Shown here piece after piece: positions 27,275-35,553 of a stretch of 64,000 nucleotides of DNA. Under the pieces are notes generated by a model that was not told the DNA's origin, ran no database searches, and saw only the letters and a list, made by a program, of their open reading frames with translations. The translations under genes and the position numbers were made by a program. The stretch comes from a virus (taxonomy: Duplodnaviria > Caudoviricetes). The stretch is taken from the IMG/VR virus record IMGVR_UViG_3300042988_000067, positions 399-64,398 of that record, one strand, 5' to 3'. Each line of letters begins with the position of its first letter. Positions within the stretch are counted from its first letter, which is position 1.

Positions 27275-29389
27275 CTACTCACGGTCTTCCGGGTCAATTA
27301 CCTCGGTGTAGGCCGTTTTTGGCAGCTTTTTCTGTGGCATATTATCCGGAATACCCTTGTTGATGACCCTCTGTCCGATGGTCACGCGGACACCCTTTTC
27401 GGTGACTCTCCAGCCCTTTCCGTCACGCTCGATGAAGCCCATTTCGGCCACATCATCCAGCAACCTGCCGACCTGTTTGCGGCGTGTCGCGTCGTTGGAT
27501 CCCATCTTCATGTTGATGTTTTCCCCGAACGTGATCGCCGTGGTGAACTTGTAGTCGCTCAGACCCTTGATCACCGTTTGAGCCGAGATATCCTTCTTGC
27601 TGCTGGTGTTGTTCTCGGTGTTGGCCAGACCACGGTGGGACTGGGACATCTCGTCAGCCGGACCGATCACGCAGGAATGGATCTCGTCCCCGTCCTCGTC
27701 ATGCCCGATCACCACGGACTCCAGCCTGAAGTCGAACTCGATACCGTCCTGCCCATCCTTTGACTTGGCCAGCGTCCAGTTGCGGTCGTCACCATCGCGT
27801 GTGGTCTCAATCGCCACGTCCAGTGCAGCCAGCAGTGAGCTGTGGCCACGCAGACCCTTCGTGGCATCCTTCCCGCTATGGTGAACAGCGCACACCAGAC
27901 CACCAACAGACGCCTGAATCCACTTGCACGCATCGATGATCATGCCCATATCCTTTGAGCTGTTCTCATCACTGCCGGAGCTGGCGCGGTTCAGGGTGTC
28001 TATGATGATCACCGGATTGTCGGATCTGGTAGCCCTGATGGCCTCCACCAGCCTGACGCAGTCTTCCTTGATAAGCACGTTGATGGGCTGTGTAATGATG
28101 TCGATCAGACCATCCTCACGCTTTGTCGCCTCGATGATGGCCTTCATCCGGTTCGATATCCCAGCCTCGCCCTCCAGAGCGCAGTAGATCACGCGACGCT
28201 GCTTCACCTTATGACCGAACCACATCTGCCCACGAGCGATAGCGATGGCCATGTCGATGCACAGGAACGACTTGCCGGTAGCGGGCGCCCCGTAGATCGA
28301 TATCAGACCGGTCTCTGGGATGATGTTCTTGATGATCCACCGAGTGAACGGCATCGCCTTCATGTCGGACAGTGAGTACAGCTTGTAGTGCAGCTGCTTC
28401 TCGTGGTGCCCAGCCCAGACGTGGAAGTCCGCAGCCGTCATGCCCTCCAGCTCTGCATCCGCCGCGTCCCACTTCGGTGGCATGCTTGACACATCGATGG
28501 TCGAGATCTCCGCGTCTAGGTTATCCTTCAGCCAGTCTCCTGCCTTGTGTCCTGCCTCATCGTTGTCAGGCCAGATCAGCACCTTGCGCCCCGTCAGGAT
28601 GTCCCACGCCGCGTTCTTGACTGCCGAAGCACCTGACGGCCACGTAGTAGCGATGTAGCCATCCCCAGCGATCCGCATGGCCGCGTCAGCTGACTTCTCA
28701 CCCTCGCAAATCAGGACGGTCGCTGTTGGATTCTGGGCGATCAGGTGCAGGTTGTAGAGCGGCTTCTGACCCTCCCAGCCCTTCATCTCCCACTTGCCAC
28801 CTCTCGGCGTCCATGGGCAGAACTCCTTCTTACCCTCACCCTTGTTGTAGCGGGCCACAACACCGATGATCTTGCCGTCAGCGTTGCGATACTCCCACGC
28901 ATCATCTGCATCCCCATGAACTGGGTGCTTGCATGTGGGTAGCGTGTCCAGTGTCTCCCAGCCATTAACACCATGGTGTTTGTCCGCATGCGGTTTTTCA
29001 CTCTCCGCGTGCGTTTTTCTGGGTGACTCCGGGATCACCTTCTGGGTGGCTTGCTTGGTAGTTAGTTGGTATCGGTCTTGTAGTTCAAGTGCTGCGTTTC
29101 GGTTTGTGGTCCCGTTCATCTGAGCGTAGAGTGATATCAGATCCCCGCCCTGCTGACCGACCGCAAAATCAGCCCACTTGCCTGTGTTCACGTTGATCGA
29201 GAGACTGTCACCCTTCTCGCCCCACAGGTTGCCGATCTTGAACTCGGATCCTGATAGCTTGCCCTGTGGGAACCACTCCCTGAGCAGTGATCTGGACATG
29301 GACAGCAGGCTCTGCGCCAGTCTTGGGAAGTCAACGTCGTGCGTTTGCGCAGGCGGCACTAGCCCCGCATTGAATGTGATTTTAGCCAT
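27275..29389 (-). CDS. Primase-helicase (TOPRIM + RepA/AAA_25-type helicase)
   Basis: GKWADF..GGDLISL, ICEGEKSADA, IWPDNDEAG (TOPRIM); GAPATGKS, IIIDTL and VHHSGKD..GLRGHSSL helicase motifs. Confidence 0.9.
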   Translation of the reverse strand: MAKITFNAGLVPPAQTHDVDFPRLAQSLLSMSRSLLREWFPQGKLSGSEFKIGNLWGEKGDSLSINVNTGKWADFAVGQQGGDLISLYAQMNGTTNRNAALELQDRYQLTTKQATQKVIPESPRKTHAESEKPHADKHHGVNGWETLDTLPTCKHPVHGDADDAWEYRNADGKIIGVVARYNKGEGKKEFCPWTPRGGKWEMKGWEGQKPLYNLHLIAQNPTATVLICEGEKSADAAMRIAGDGYIATTWPSGASAVKNAAWDILTGRKVLIWPDNDEAGHKAGDWLKDNLDAEISTIDVSSMPPKWDAADAELEGMTAADFHVWAGHHEKQLHYKLYSLSDMKAMPFTRWIIKNIIPETGLISIYGAPATGKSFLCIDMAIAIARGQMWFGHKVKQRRVIYCALEGEAGISNRMKAIIEATKREDGLIDIITQPINVLIKEDCVRLVEAIRATRSDNPVIIIDTLNRASSGSDENSSKDMGMIIDACKWIQASVGGLVCAVHHSGKDATKGLRGHSSLLAALDVAIETTRDGDDRNWTLAKSKDGQDGIEFDFRLESVVIGHDEDGDEIHSCVIGPADEMSQSHRGLANTENNTSSKKDISAQTVIKGLSDYKFTTAITFGENINMKMGSNDATRRKQVGRLLDDVAEMGFIERDGKGWRVTEKGVRVTIGQRVINKGIPDNMPQKKLPKTAYTEVIDPEDRE

Positions 29390-29398
29390 GACCCTTCC

Positions 29399-29608
29399 TT
29401 ACGCCGACAGGATGTCGTTGAGTTCTTGTAGGGTCAGATCCTGACGCATGTATTTTTCGCCGCGCTTGGTGGTGATCTCAACATCCACCCACTCACGATG
29501 GTGTGACGCTAGGCGCCCAGTCTTTTTGGATGAAACTATCTCTACTGACGCGACGGTATCCATCGCAATGAATTTTGTATCGGACACCGATACGAAGTTT
29601 GATGCCAT
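29399..29608 (-). CDS. Hypothetical protein
   Basis: 69-aa ORF with AAGGA RBS in the leftward operon. Confidence 0.45.
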   Translation of the reverse strand: MASNFVSVSDTKFIAMDTVASVEIVSSKKTGRLASHHREWVDVEITTKRGEKYMRQDLTLQELNDILSA

Positions 29609-29668
29609 TTTGAAATCGTCCTTTTCAAAAGTAAAAGTTACCCCCTATCCGAGGGGGCGTCGGTGCAA

Positions 29669-29905
29669 CTATTCTACTCCATCCATCCCGTAGATGTTGA
29701 ACATGGCGTTCATTTCATCGGTCGTGATGGCGGCGACATACGTGGAGTCATCCCCATGTATCCTGATCGTTGCGTGGAACACACCACCCTCAGCGACAAA
29801 GGCGCCTTCGCTCTCCTGAAACGAGATACTCCGGATGCTGTCCACCGAGATCAGCGTGTCATCAACGTTCTCGTCGCTCACCAGCAACATGTCCTTCTTA
29901 CTCAT
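29669..29905 (-). CDS. Hypothetical protein
   Basis: Likely start MSKKDM at 29905. Confidence 0.45.
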   Translation of the reverse strand: MSKKDMLLVSDENVDDTLISVDSIRSISFQESEGAFVAEGGVFHATIRIHGDDSTYVAAITTDEMNAMFNIYGMDGVE

Positions 29906-30164
29906 AAAAGTCCTCTCCCTTGAATCCAAAAATAAGGTCACCATAGGTAATGGTGATACCCAGTCCATTTGCTACATTAATGATGCGGTCCCACCACCGT
30001 CGAGGGATCTGCCCAGCCGTACCGTCACCCATGTCACGGTGCACCCAACACCAGATGGTGGTGTGGTGACACCCTAACAATTTGGCGAGGTCGCGGTAGG
30101 ACATCCCGAACTTTCCGATGATGGAGCACGCCGGCTCGATCCCACTCGTCTTGTCGTCAGTCAT
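29898..30164 (-). CDS. Cro-like HTH regulator
   Basis: Start MTDDK after GGAGG; IIGKFG..YRDLAKLLGCHHTTIWCW...GQIP; first gene of the leftward operon. Confidence 0.65.
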   Translation of the reverse strand: MTDDKTSGIEPACSIIGKFGMSYRDLAKLLGCHHTTIWCWVHRDMGDGTAGQIPRRWWDRIINVANGLGITITYGDLIFGFKGEDFYE

Positions 30165-30226
30165 AAAATTACCTCCAGACCAGACTCTAGCACAGGTGTA
30201 TGCATGACGCAAACGCGCTGGTGACC

Positions 30227-30482
30227 TGCCTATTTTTTAAGCAAACCCTAGTTGCCTATTTTTTGAGCAGTGATTTTAGAGTGTTGAATACCCGCATACA
30301 AAAGTCAGGTATTGCTCGTAAGTGATTGATTTTAATTCCAGAAAAACGTCGATTATTTTTGACCACCCTATACGGTAGCATCAGAAAACATTTAAATCGA
30401 TCCTAGAGCGATTCTGAGGCTTTTAGAGGCATGATCAAAAAATAGGCAATTTCATGATGCCTGTGGATATCTCTGTGGATAA
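30227..30482. promoter_or_regulatory. Host-factor site cluster: Fis-like x3, IHF x1, DnaA boxes x2
   Basis: GCCTATTTTTTAAGC (30228), GCCTATTTTTTGAGC (30254) and GATCAAAAAATAGGC (30433) fit the Fis consensus GNNYANNNNNTRNNC; 30319-30331 fits IHF WATCAANNNNTTR on the minus strand; TGTGGATAA at 30474 is a perfect DnaA box and TGTGGATAT at 30462 has one mismatch. Confidence 0.6.
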
Positions 30483-30561
30483 CATTGGCGCGGGTTCAAA
30501 GTGTTGTCATGTAATGATCACCCTAATTACCACCCCAGTTTCACCCCTATTAAAATAGTTG

Positions 30562-30590
30562 TTGACACGATGCAAACGCATCTATACCAT
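30562..30590 (+). promoter_or_regulatory. Sigma70 early promoter P1
   Basis: TTGACA-17-TACCAT. Confidence 0.75.
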
Positions 30591-30638
30591 GAGCGAAGTT
30601 TCACAGCTAACTAACTAACTTACTAAAGGAGCACTGAC

Positions 30639-30980
30639 ATGGAAAACTTCAACGCAATCGTACTGCACGCAAAACTCTTCGGCCTGCATCAGACCGGCAG
30701 TCTTGTTTTTTCCGATGGCTATAACCACGTTGCAAATTTCTCTGGCGAGGCCAAAAGCGAGGAAGCATTCCTTGAGGACGTGTTCTATAACACCAACAGC
30801 ATCGATCACGGCTGGTGGGAAAACGAAGGTATCGAGCTGTGCGGTGAGGCCAAGGTTAATGGTGGCGCCCGCTCTACCAGCGTAGGCGATGTGGTCATCG
30901 TCTGCCAAGGCGAAAAGGAAACGGTCTACCGCTGCGGCATCATCGGCTGGGAGAAGATCATCCTCAAGCACACTCACTAA
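30639..30980 (+). CDS. Early protein with YodL-like motif
   Basis: RSTSVGDVV...YRC..IGW resembles the YodL-type RSLSVGDVV motif; strong RBS. Confidence 0.5.
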   Translation: MENFNAIVLHAKLFGLHQTGSLVFSDGYNHVANFSGEAKSEEAFLEDVFYNTNSIDHGWWENEGIELCGEAKVNGGARSTSVGDVVIVCQGEKETVYRCGIIGWEKIILKHTH

Positions 30981-30981
30981 T

Positions 30982-31041
30982 TCGATCTGACGAGGCTGGG
31001 TAGCCCCCAGCCGAAACGCTGCGAAGCGTAATCGATAGCTA
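30982..31041 (+). ncRNA. Hammerhead ribozyme, type I
   Basis: Stem I TCGAT/ATCGA; core CTGACGA; stem II GGCTGGG/CCCAGCC; GAAA; stem III CGCT-GCGA-AGCG; GTA cleavage triplet (cut after A31030); loop II TAGC can pair with GCTA at 31038-31041. Confidence 0.92.
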
Positions 31042-31066
31042 ACTAACTTACTGATTGGAGAACGAC

Positions 31067-31387
31067 ATGACATTGAAAGTGATTTTTGAATTTGAAGGCC
31101 AGCAGCGCAAGACTCTGACCGGCATCCTGAACCTGCTGGGCAAGTGCTTCGCCAATGCCGATGTGTTCCACATCCCGACGCACTTCGACGACAACGATTT
31201 CATTGAGGAGCACTTTATCCTGTCGCTGCGCCCGAACACACTTAGCCTGAACGATGGATCCGTTGGCCTGACCGTCACCGACACCATCCTGCTGGGCAAG
31301 GGCGTCCTGCTCAAGCGCATCAGCTCCAACTTCAGGCTGCCCGCTGAGTTCCGCAAACCGAGCCGTCTCAACCAAGGAGCCAACTAA
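31067..31387 (+). CDS. Early hypothetical protein
   Basis: GGAGAACGACATG start following the ribozyme. Confidence 0.6.
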   Translation: MTLKVIFEFEGQQRKTLTGILNLLGKCFANADVFHIPTHFDDNDFIEEHFILSLRPNTLSLNDGSVGLTVTDTILLGKGVLLKRISSNFRLPAEFRKPSRLNQGAN

Positions 31388-31388
31388 C

Positions 31389-31730
31389 ATGGGAATCTGC
31401 GTCTACAAGCTGACCGGTAAGGTCATCAATCTGGAGGGAGGCATCACGGCTCAGGTGGCCGTGTTTGCCTACAAGCCAACGTTCTGTGGCTTCGATGCCG
31501 AGAAATGGAACCGTGCAGCAGCGCGCGCCACCGGCTGCAACAGGCCGATCAAGGTGCGCTCGATCAACATCGCCATCGTGCATGACGACGAGTGCGAGGT
31601 GTTCCGCAACGAGGGCGGCCTGTCGGTGTTCTATGACGACCTGATCGGTCGCGCCGAGCACTTCCCCAAGGTTGGCGGGTTCATCAAGGACGGTAAGTTG
31701 TGGTATGGTCCGAAAGTGTTGACAATATAA
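31389..31730 (+). CDS. Early hypothetical protein
   Basis: 113 aa, AAGGAG RBS. Confidence 0.6.
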   Translation: MGICVYKLTGKVINLEGGITAQVAVFAYKPTFCGFDAEKWNRAAARATGCNRPIKVRSINIAIVHDDECEVFRNEGGLSVFYDDLIGRAEHFPKVGGFIKDGKLWYGPKVLTI

Positions 31731-31747
31731 ATTAGCTCCTGTACCAT
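31719..31747 (+). promoter_or_regulatory. Sigma70 early promoter P2
   Basis: AAAGTG-TTGACA-17-TACCAT. Confidence 0.75.
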
Positions 31748-31789
31748 CCGCCTTGTAGTACAGCTAACTAACTAACCAAGGAGAACGAC

Positions 31790-32029
31790 ATGACAACCGA
31801 TACCAAACAAACCGCTGACCAGCTGAACGCTGTGTTCGATGTCAACCGTGAGTGCTACAACCTCACCGAGGCATCCACCGGCAAGCTGATTGGTCGCTTC
31901 CGCCTGATCCGCGAGCTGATCGACATCCTGCAAGCCAAGGGCATCTACGGCAACCTGCAAGTGGTCGAAGGCAACGACGACAGCGTGATCACCATCACCC
32001 CGCGTGGTGGCCGCTACAACACCTACTAA
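31790..32029 (+). CDS. Early hypothetical protein
   Basis: 79 aa; CTAA leader plus AAGGAG. Confidence 0.6.
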   Translation: MTTDTKQTADQLNAVFDVNRECYNLTEASTGKLIGRFRLIRELIDILQAKGIYGNLQVVEGNDDSVITITPRGGRYNTY

Positions 32030-32045
32030 CCAAAGGAGGTACCCG

Positions 32046-32294
32046 ATGAACAAGCAGGAACTCTTCGACGGCCTGAGAACCGTAGCCAAGCTGGAGGCCG
32101 AGGCCGACCAGCGCGCCAAGGAGGTGGGCGTCTTCACCTCCAGCGAGCATCACCTCAAGGTGAAGTTCGACGTGGTGCTGCTGCCCTCCGGGGCGGCAGT
32201 GTGGCGCAACCTCAGCCTGAAGGAGGCCGAGCAGAAGCTGGAAGCTCTGGCCTGCTCTGGGCTGGAGGGCTACGCTGAGCCGGTGTTTATCTAG
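32046..32294 (+). CDS. Early hypothetical protein
   Basis: Start MNKQELF after AAGGAGG. Confidence 0.55.
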   Translation: MNKQELFDGLRTVAKLEAEADQRAKEVGVFTSSEHHLKVKFDVVLLPSGAAVWRNLSLKEAEQKLEALACSGLEGYAEPVFI

Positions 32295-32308
32295 CTGGCT
32301 TAAAAGTG

Positions 32309-32337
32309 TTGACAAGGCGGGTCTGCATCTGTAAGAT
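32309..32337 (+). promoter_or_regulatory. Sigma70 early promoter P3
   Basis: AAAAGTG-TTGACA-17-TAAGAT-CCGTCTTGT. Confidence 0.8.
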
Positions 32338-32381
32338 CCGTCTTGTACCACTTAACTAACTAGCTAACAGGAGTAAACGAC

Positions 32382-33035
32382 ATGGAAAACAACATTCAAC
32401 TTCGAGGTCGCTGCCAGTGCTGCGGCAACCTGCAAGCCGTCGTGAACGGTCGCTCCAGCAAGCATGGCTACACTGTTGACCATGGCTGGTTCAATGGCGT
32501 GTGCAGCGGCCAGCACCACGCTCCAATCGAGCAAGACCGCAAGGTCGCTGATGACATCGTCGAGACCGTTCTGGCTGACGTGAAGGTCATCCGCGAAAAG
32601 GCTTACGCTCTCCGCATCGGCAAAATTGATCCTGTCTGGACCAAGTGGGTCTGGGTCGAAGGCAAGAACCACAAGCAGCAACAGGCTGTTGAGTGCAAGG
32701 CCGATGAGCTGTCCGAGTATGAGCGTGCTGGCCAGCGCAAGAACGCAATCTACCGCCACGAGCAGCGTGCAAGGGACGGCGAAGACTTTGCCAAGTACCT
32801 GCGCGACGTGGCCGACAAGTACCACGGCAAGGATCTGGTCAAGGTCGAGAAGAAGGCTCCGGCCAAGTGGATCGAGGCTGGCGAGAAGAAGCTGAGCGAA
32901 GGCGGCCACACGCTGATCGCCAGATACCAAGACGGCGCCCGCGTGTACTACAAGTTCAGCCGCGCAGGCCAAGACAAGGTCTACACCGGCTGGATAGGTA
33001 CCCAAGCATGGAGGAAGCTGCCGGACGTTGAGTAA
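32382..33035 (+). CDS. Early protein with Zn-binding-like N-terminus
   Basis: 217 aa; GRCQCCG...SKHGY...GWFNGVCSG. Confidence 0.55.
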   Translation: MENNIQLRGRCQCCGNLQAVVNGRSSKHGYTVDHGWFNGVCSGQHHAPIEQDRKVADDIVETVLADVKVIREKAYALRIGKIDPVWTKWVWVEGKNHKQQQAVECKADELSEYERAGQRKNAIYRHEQRARDGEDFAKYLRDVADKYHGKDLVKVEKKAPAKWIEAGEKKLSEGGHTLIARYQDGARVYYKFSRAGQDKVYTGWIGTQAWRKLPDVE

Positions 33036-33038
33036 CAG

Positions 33039-33145
33039 GGGTAGGCTGGGAAACCAGCCTGCATCTGAGAGTGGATGGGGTCAGTTGATGTCAGCTTCTG
33101 ACTCGTGTGCGTGACAGCACCCTGCGTCCATTCCCAGATGCACCC
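33039..33145 (+). ncRNA. Structured intergenic RNA (multi-branched), function unknown
   Basis: GGGT/ACCC closing a GAAA-capped 7-bp hairpin and a ~16-bp arm (33061-33077 / 33125-33141) that encloses two more hairpins. Confidence 0.55.
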
Positions 33146-33171
33146 AACTAACTAACTTACTGGAGAATGAC

Positions 33172-33495
33172 ATGACAACCGGACTGATTATTGACCTGCT
33201 TGAGGCAGAAGAACTTGTGAAGTACGGCAAGCCGCAGACAACGCTGGAGTACGCGCTGTTCGACAAGCTGAAGGAGCTGCTGGACTCCCGCAATGAATGG
33301 TACGAGGTTGCCGACAACTACAGCTGCTGCACACCGGAGGAGCTGACTTCCCTGATCGAAAGCAAGGACGGCGAGATCGAGGATCTGGAGGAAGAGAAAG
33401 GCAAGCTGGAGACAGAGCGCGATGAGTTGCTGCTTGAGGTCGAGCGCCTGACTGACCTCGTCAATGATCTTGAGGAGAGCGACGATGACAAGTGA
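33172..33495 (+). CDS. Acidic coiled-coil early protein
   Basis: 107 aa, very Asp/Glu-rich. Confidence 0.55.
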   Translation: MTTGLIIDLLEAEELVKYGKPQTTLEYALFDKLKELLDSRNEWYEVADNYSCCTPEELTSLIESKDGEIEDLEEEKGKLETERDELLLEVERLTDLVNDLEESDDDK

Positions 33496-33700
33496 TCAAC
33501 AAAAGAAGCTGGTCAGCGACCTGATTAACAGGGTGGCCAATGACATCATCGACCGCATTCATCTTGGCCGTATCCCAGAGAGCTGGGACGGCGCAGAGCT
33601 TCGGCAGTACGTGTCAGACCAGTTTCACGTGGAATGCTTTGGCCTCTCCGGCAAGCGCCGGAAAGAATACGACAACGACGTTATAGTGAACAACCTTTAG
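33485..33700 (+). CDS. Early hypothetical protein
   Basis: Start MTSDQQ; IPESWDGAELRQY. Confidence 0.55.
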   Translation: MTSDQQKKLVSDLINRVANDIIDRIHLGRIPESWDGAELRQYVSDQFHVECFGLSGKRRKEYDNDVIVNNL

Positions 33701-33710
33701 GGAGAACGAC

Positions 33711-34277
33711 ATGAACGACACCAAAAAAATTAAGACAGAGCTGGTCCTTCAATTCTGGCCGGACAACAGGTCATACAAGGAATACTGGTCCAACGATTGC
33801 AGCAACAGCACGCGCCTGCACTTCAGTCTGGTTGACGCAGGATCCGACCGCTACAGCGGGTTCGATGACGCTGACCAGACCGCACGCAACGTCGTGCTCA
33901 ACATCTGGCAGTGGCGCGACATTAAGCAGTTCAGCGTGAAGCCGGTTGCGCACGACGTGTACTCGGCAGACTTCAAGCAGCTGGAGCGCCTGACCAAGCT
34001 GGTGAAGGGTCTGGACTACCGCGTTGAGCGGGCGAGCGTGGTCAAGGACTATGAGACTCGCTCACCAAATGGTCCGGCAGGCTACAAGGACGTGCACGAG
34101 GCCGTTCTGGATGCCCTGAAGGCATGCAGCGTTAAGCGGGTGTTCTTGCGCCACAAGGGGTCGCTGGGAGAGCCTGAGATCGTCAGCGTGAAGGAGTTCT
34201 ATGACCTGTACCTGAAGAAGCTGCTGGATGAGCTTCAGGAGATCAGCGGAGTGCCAGAGGCGCAGGTAGTGGAATAA
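33711..34277 (+). CDS. Early hypothetical protein
   Basis: 188 aa; GGAGAACGACATG start. Confidence 0.6.
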   Translation: MNDTKKIKTELVLQFWPDNRSYKEYWSNDCSNSTRLHFSLVDAGSDRYSGFDDADQTARNVVLNIWQWRDIKQFSVKPVAHDVYSADFKQLERLTKLVKGLDYRVERASVVKDYETRSPNGPAGYKDVHEAVLDALKACSVKRVFLRHKGSLGEPEIVSVKEFYDLYLKKLLDELQEISGVPEAQVVE

Positions 34278-34282
34278 AAGTG

Positions 34283-34311
34283 TTGACAGGCGGATTTTGC
34301 TTCTGTAAGAT
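34283..34311 (+). promoter_or_regulatory. Sigma70 early promoter P4
   Basis: AAAAGTG-TTGACA-17-TAAGAT-CCGTCTTGT. Confidence 0.8.
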
Positions 34312-34353
34312 CCGTCTTGTTGTAACTAACTAGCTTACTTTTAAGGGGTGGAC

Positions 34354-34554
34354 ATGGAAAACATACTCATCAAGAGGTTCAGGGGCCAGTTCGGCACTTG
34401 GAGAGTTTATCAGGTTGAGCTTGGTTGCTTTTTTGTAACTGACCAGAACCTGAAAAATGCGCGTGGTGGTTTTGATTTTTCTTCCACCCAGAAAGAGCAG
34501 GCGATTGCGGCGGCAAAGAATGCCGCTGAAACAGGCGGTATCGGTAGTAACTAA
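34354..34554 (+). CDS. Early hypothetical protein
   Basis: Start MENIL after the CTAA leader. Confidence 0.5.
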   Translation: MENILIKRFRGQFGTWRVYQVELGCFFVTDQNLKNARGGFDFSSTQKEQAIAAAKNAAETGGIGSN

Positions 34555-34580
34555 CTAACTTACTTTTTAAGGAGATCGAC

Positions 34581-35432
34581 ATGAACTACATTTCTTATGG
34601 CCGCGCTGCAAACCAGACCGTGTTCCGCAGCAACACTCCACTCTCCAACGACCAGATCGCTCGCTACGCTCCTAGCGTGTTTGCGACCGAGGCTCACGAG
34701 TCCCGTGGCGAGCGCTACAGCTTCATCCCGACAATCGACGTTCTGCAAGGTCTGTCCAACGAGGGCTTCCTGCCCTACGAAGTGCGCCAGACTCGCGTCC
34801 GCGATCAGTCCAAGCGTGAGCACACCAAGCACCTGATCCGCCTGCGTCACGCCAATCACGGTACGCTGGTGGCCGGCTCCGAGATCCCTGAGATCTGCCT
34901 GATCAACTCCCACGACGGTACATCGTCCTACCAGCTGATCGGCGGCGTCTTCCGCGTGGTCTGCTCCAACGGTCTGATTGCCGGCAACATCGCTGACGAC
35001 ATCCGGATCCGCCACAGCGGCAACGTGGTCGGTGACGTGATCGAAGGCAGCTACCGCGTGCTGGATAACCTGAAGGAGATCGAGTCCCGCGTCGATACCT
35101 ACAAGGCTATCAACCTCGACGTGCGCGAGCAGCTTGCTCTGGCCAACGCAGCAATCGATCTGCGCTGGGATCGTGACGAGGTCAGCCAGAAGGCTCCGGT
35201 GCAGGCAGACTCACTGCTGGCAGTGCACCGCTGGGATGACCGCAAGGCAGACCTCTGGACCACCTTCAACGTGATCCAAGAGAACCTGATCAAGGGCGGC
35301 GTCCGCGCCCGCACCAGCACCGGCAAGCGCACCCACACCCGCGCTGTTGGTGGCGTCAACGAGAACGTGAAGCTGAACCGCGCTCTCTGGTCTCTGGCTG
35401 ATGCTCTTGCAGAGCACAAGCTGGCCGCTTAA
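34581..35432 (+). CDS. DUF932/DUF945-family protein
   Basis: APSVFA.EAHESR..RY.FIPT...TKHLIRLR...LINSHDGTSSYQL.GVFRVVCSNGL...DLWTTFNVIQEN. Confidence 0.85.
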   Translation: MNYISYGRAANQTVFRSNTPLSNDQIARYAPSVFATEAHESRGERYSFIPTIDVLQGLSNEGFLPYEVRQTRVRDQSKREHTKHLIRLRHANHGTLVAGSEIPEICLINSHDGTSSYQLIGGVFRVVCSNGLIAGNIADDIRIRHSGNVVGDVIEGSYRVLDNLKEIESRVDTYKAINLDVREQLALANAAIDLRWDRDEVSQKAPVQADSLLAVHRWDDRKADLWTTFNVIQENLIKGGVRARTSTGKRTHTRAVGGVNENVKLNRALWSLADALAEHKLAA

Positions 35433-35475
35433 ATACTTGTCCTAGCCGCTCAGGAGGCGGCTACAGCAAGCGTTT
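35431..35475 (+). other. Extended hairpin with internal loop (RNase III-site-like or terminator)
   Basis: AAATACTTG...TAGCCGC / GCGGCTA...CAAGCGTTT. Confidence 0.45.
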
Positions 35476-35484
35476 AAAAAGTGT

Positions 35485-35513
35485 TTGCACAATGCAAACG
35501 AAACCTGTAGAAT
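35485..35513 (+). promoter_or_regulatory. Sigma70 promoter P5
   Basis: AAAAAGTGT-TTGCAC-17-TAGAAT-CCGTTTTGT. Confidence 0.65.
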
Positions 35514-35553
35514 CCGTTTTGTAGTAACTAACCAACTAACCAAGGAGCACGAC

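Noticed and set aside
29399-30640. Lysogeny switch (CI/Cro) and prophage status
   Set aside because: Only a Cro-like gene is visible; no CI with a peptidase domain, integrase, ParA or host flanking genes were found
33050-33075. Second hammerhead (GAAA and CTGAGAG)
   Set aside because: The GAAA is a hairpin tetraloop, CTGAGAG lacks the CUGANGA spacing, and the stem topology does not fit
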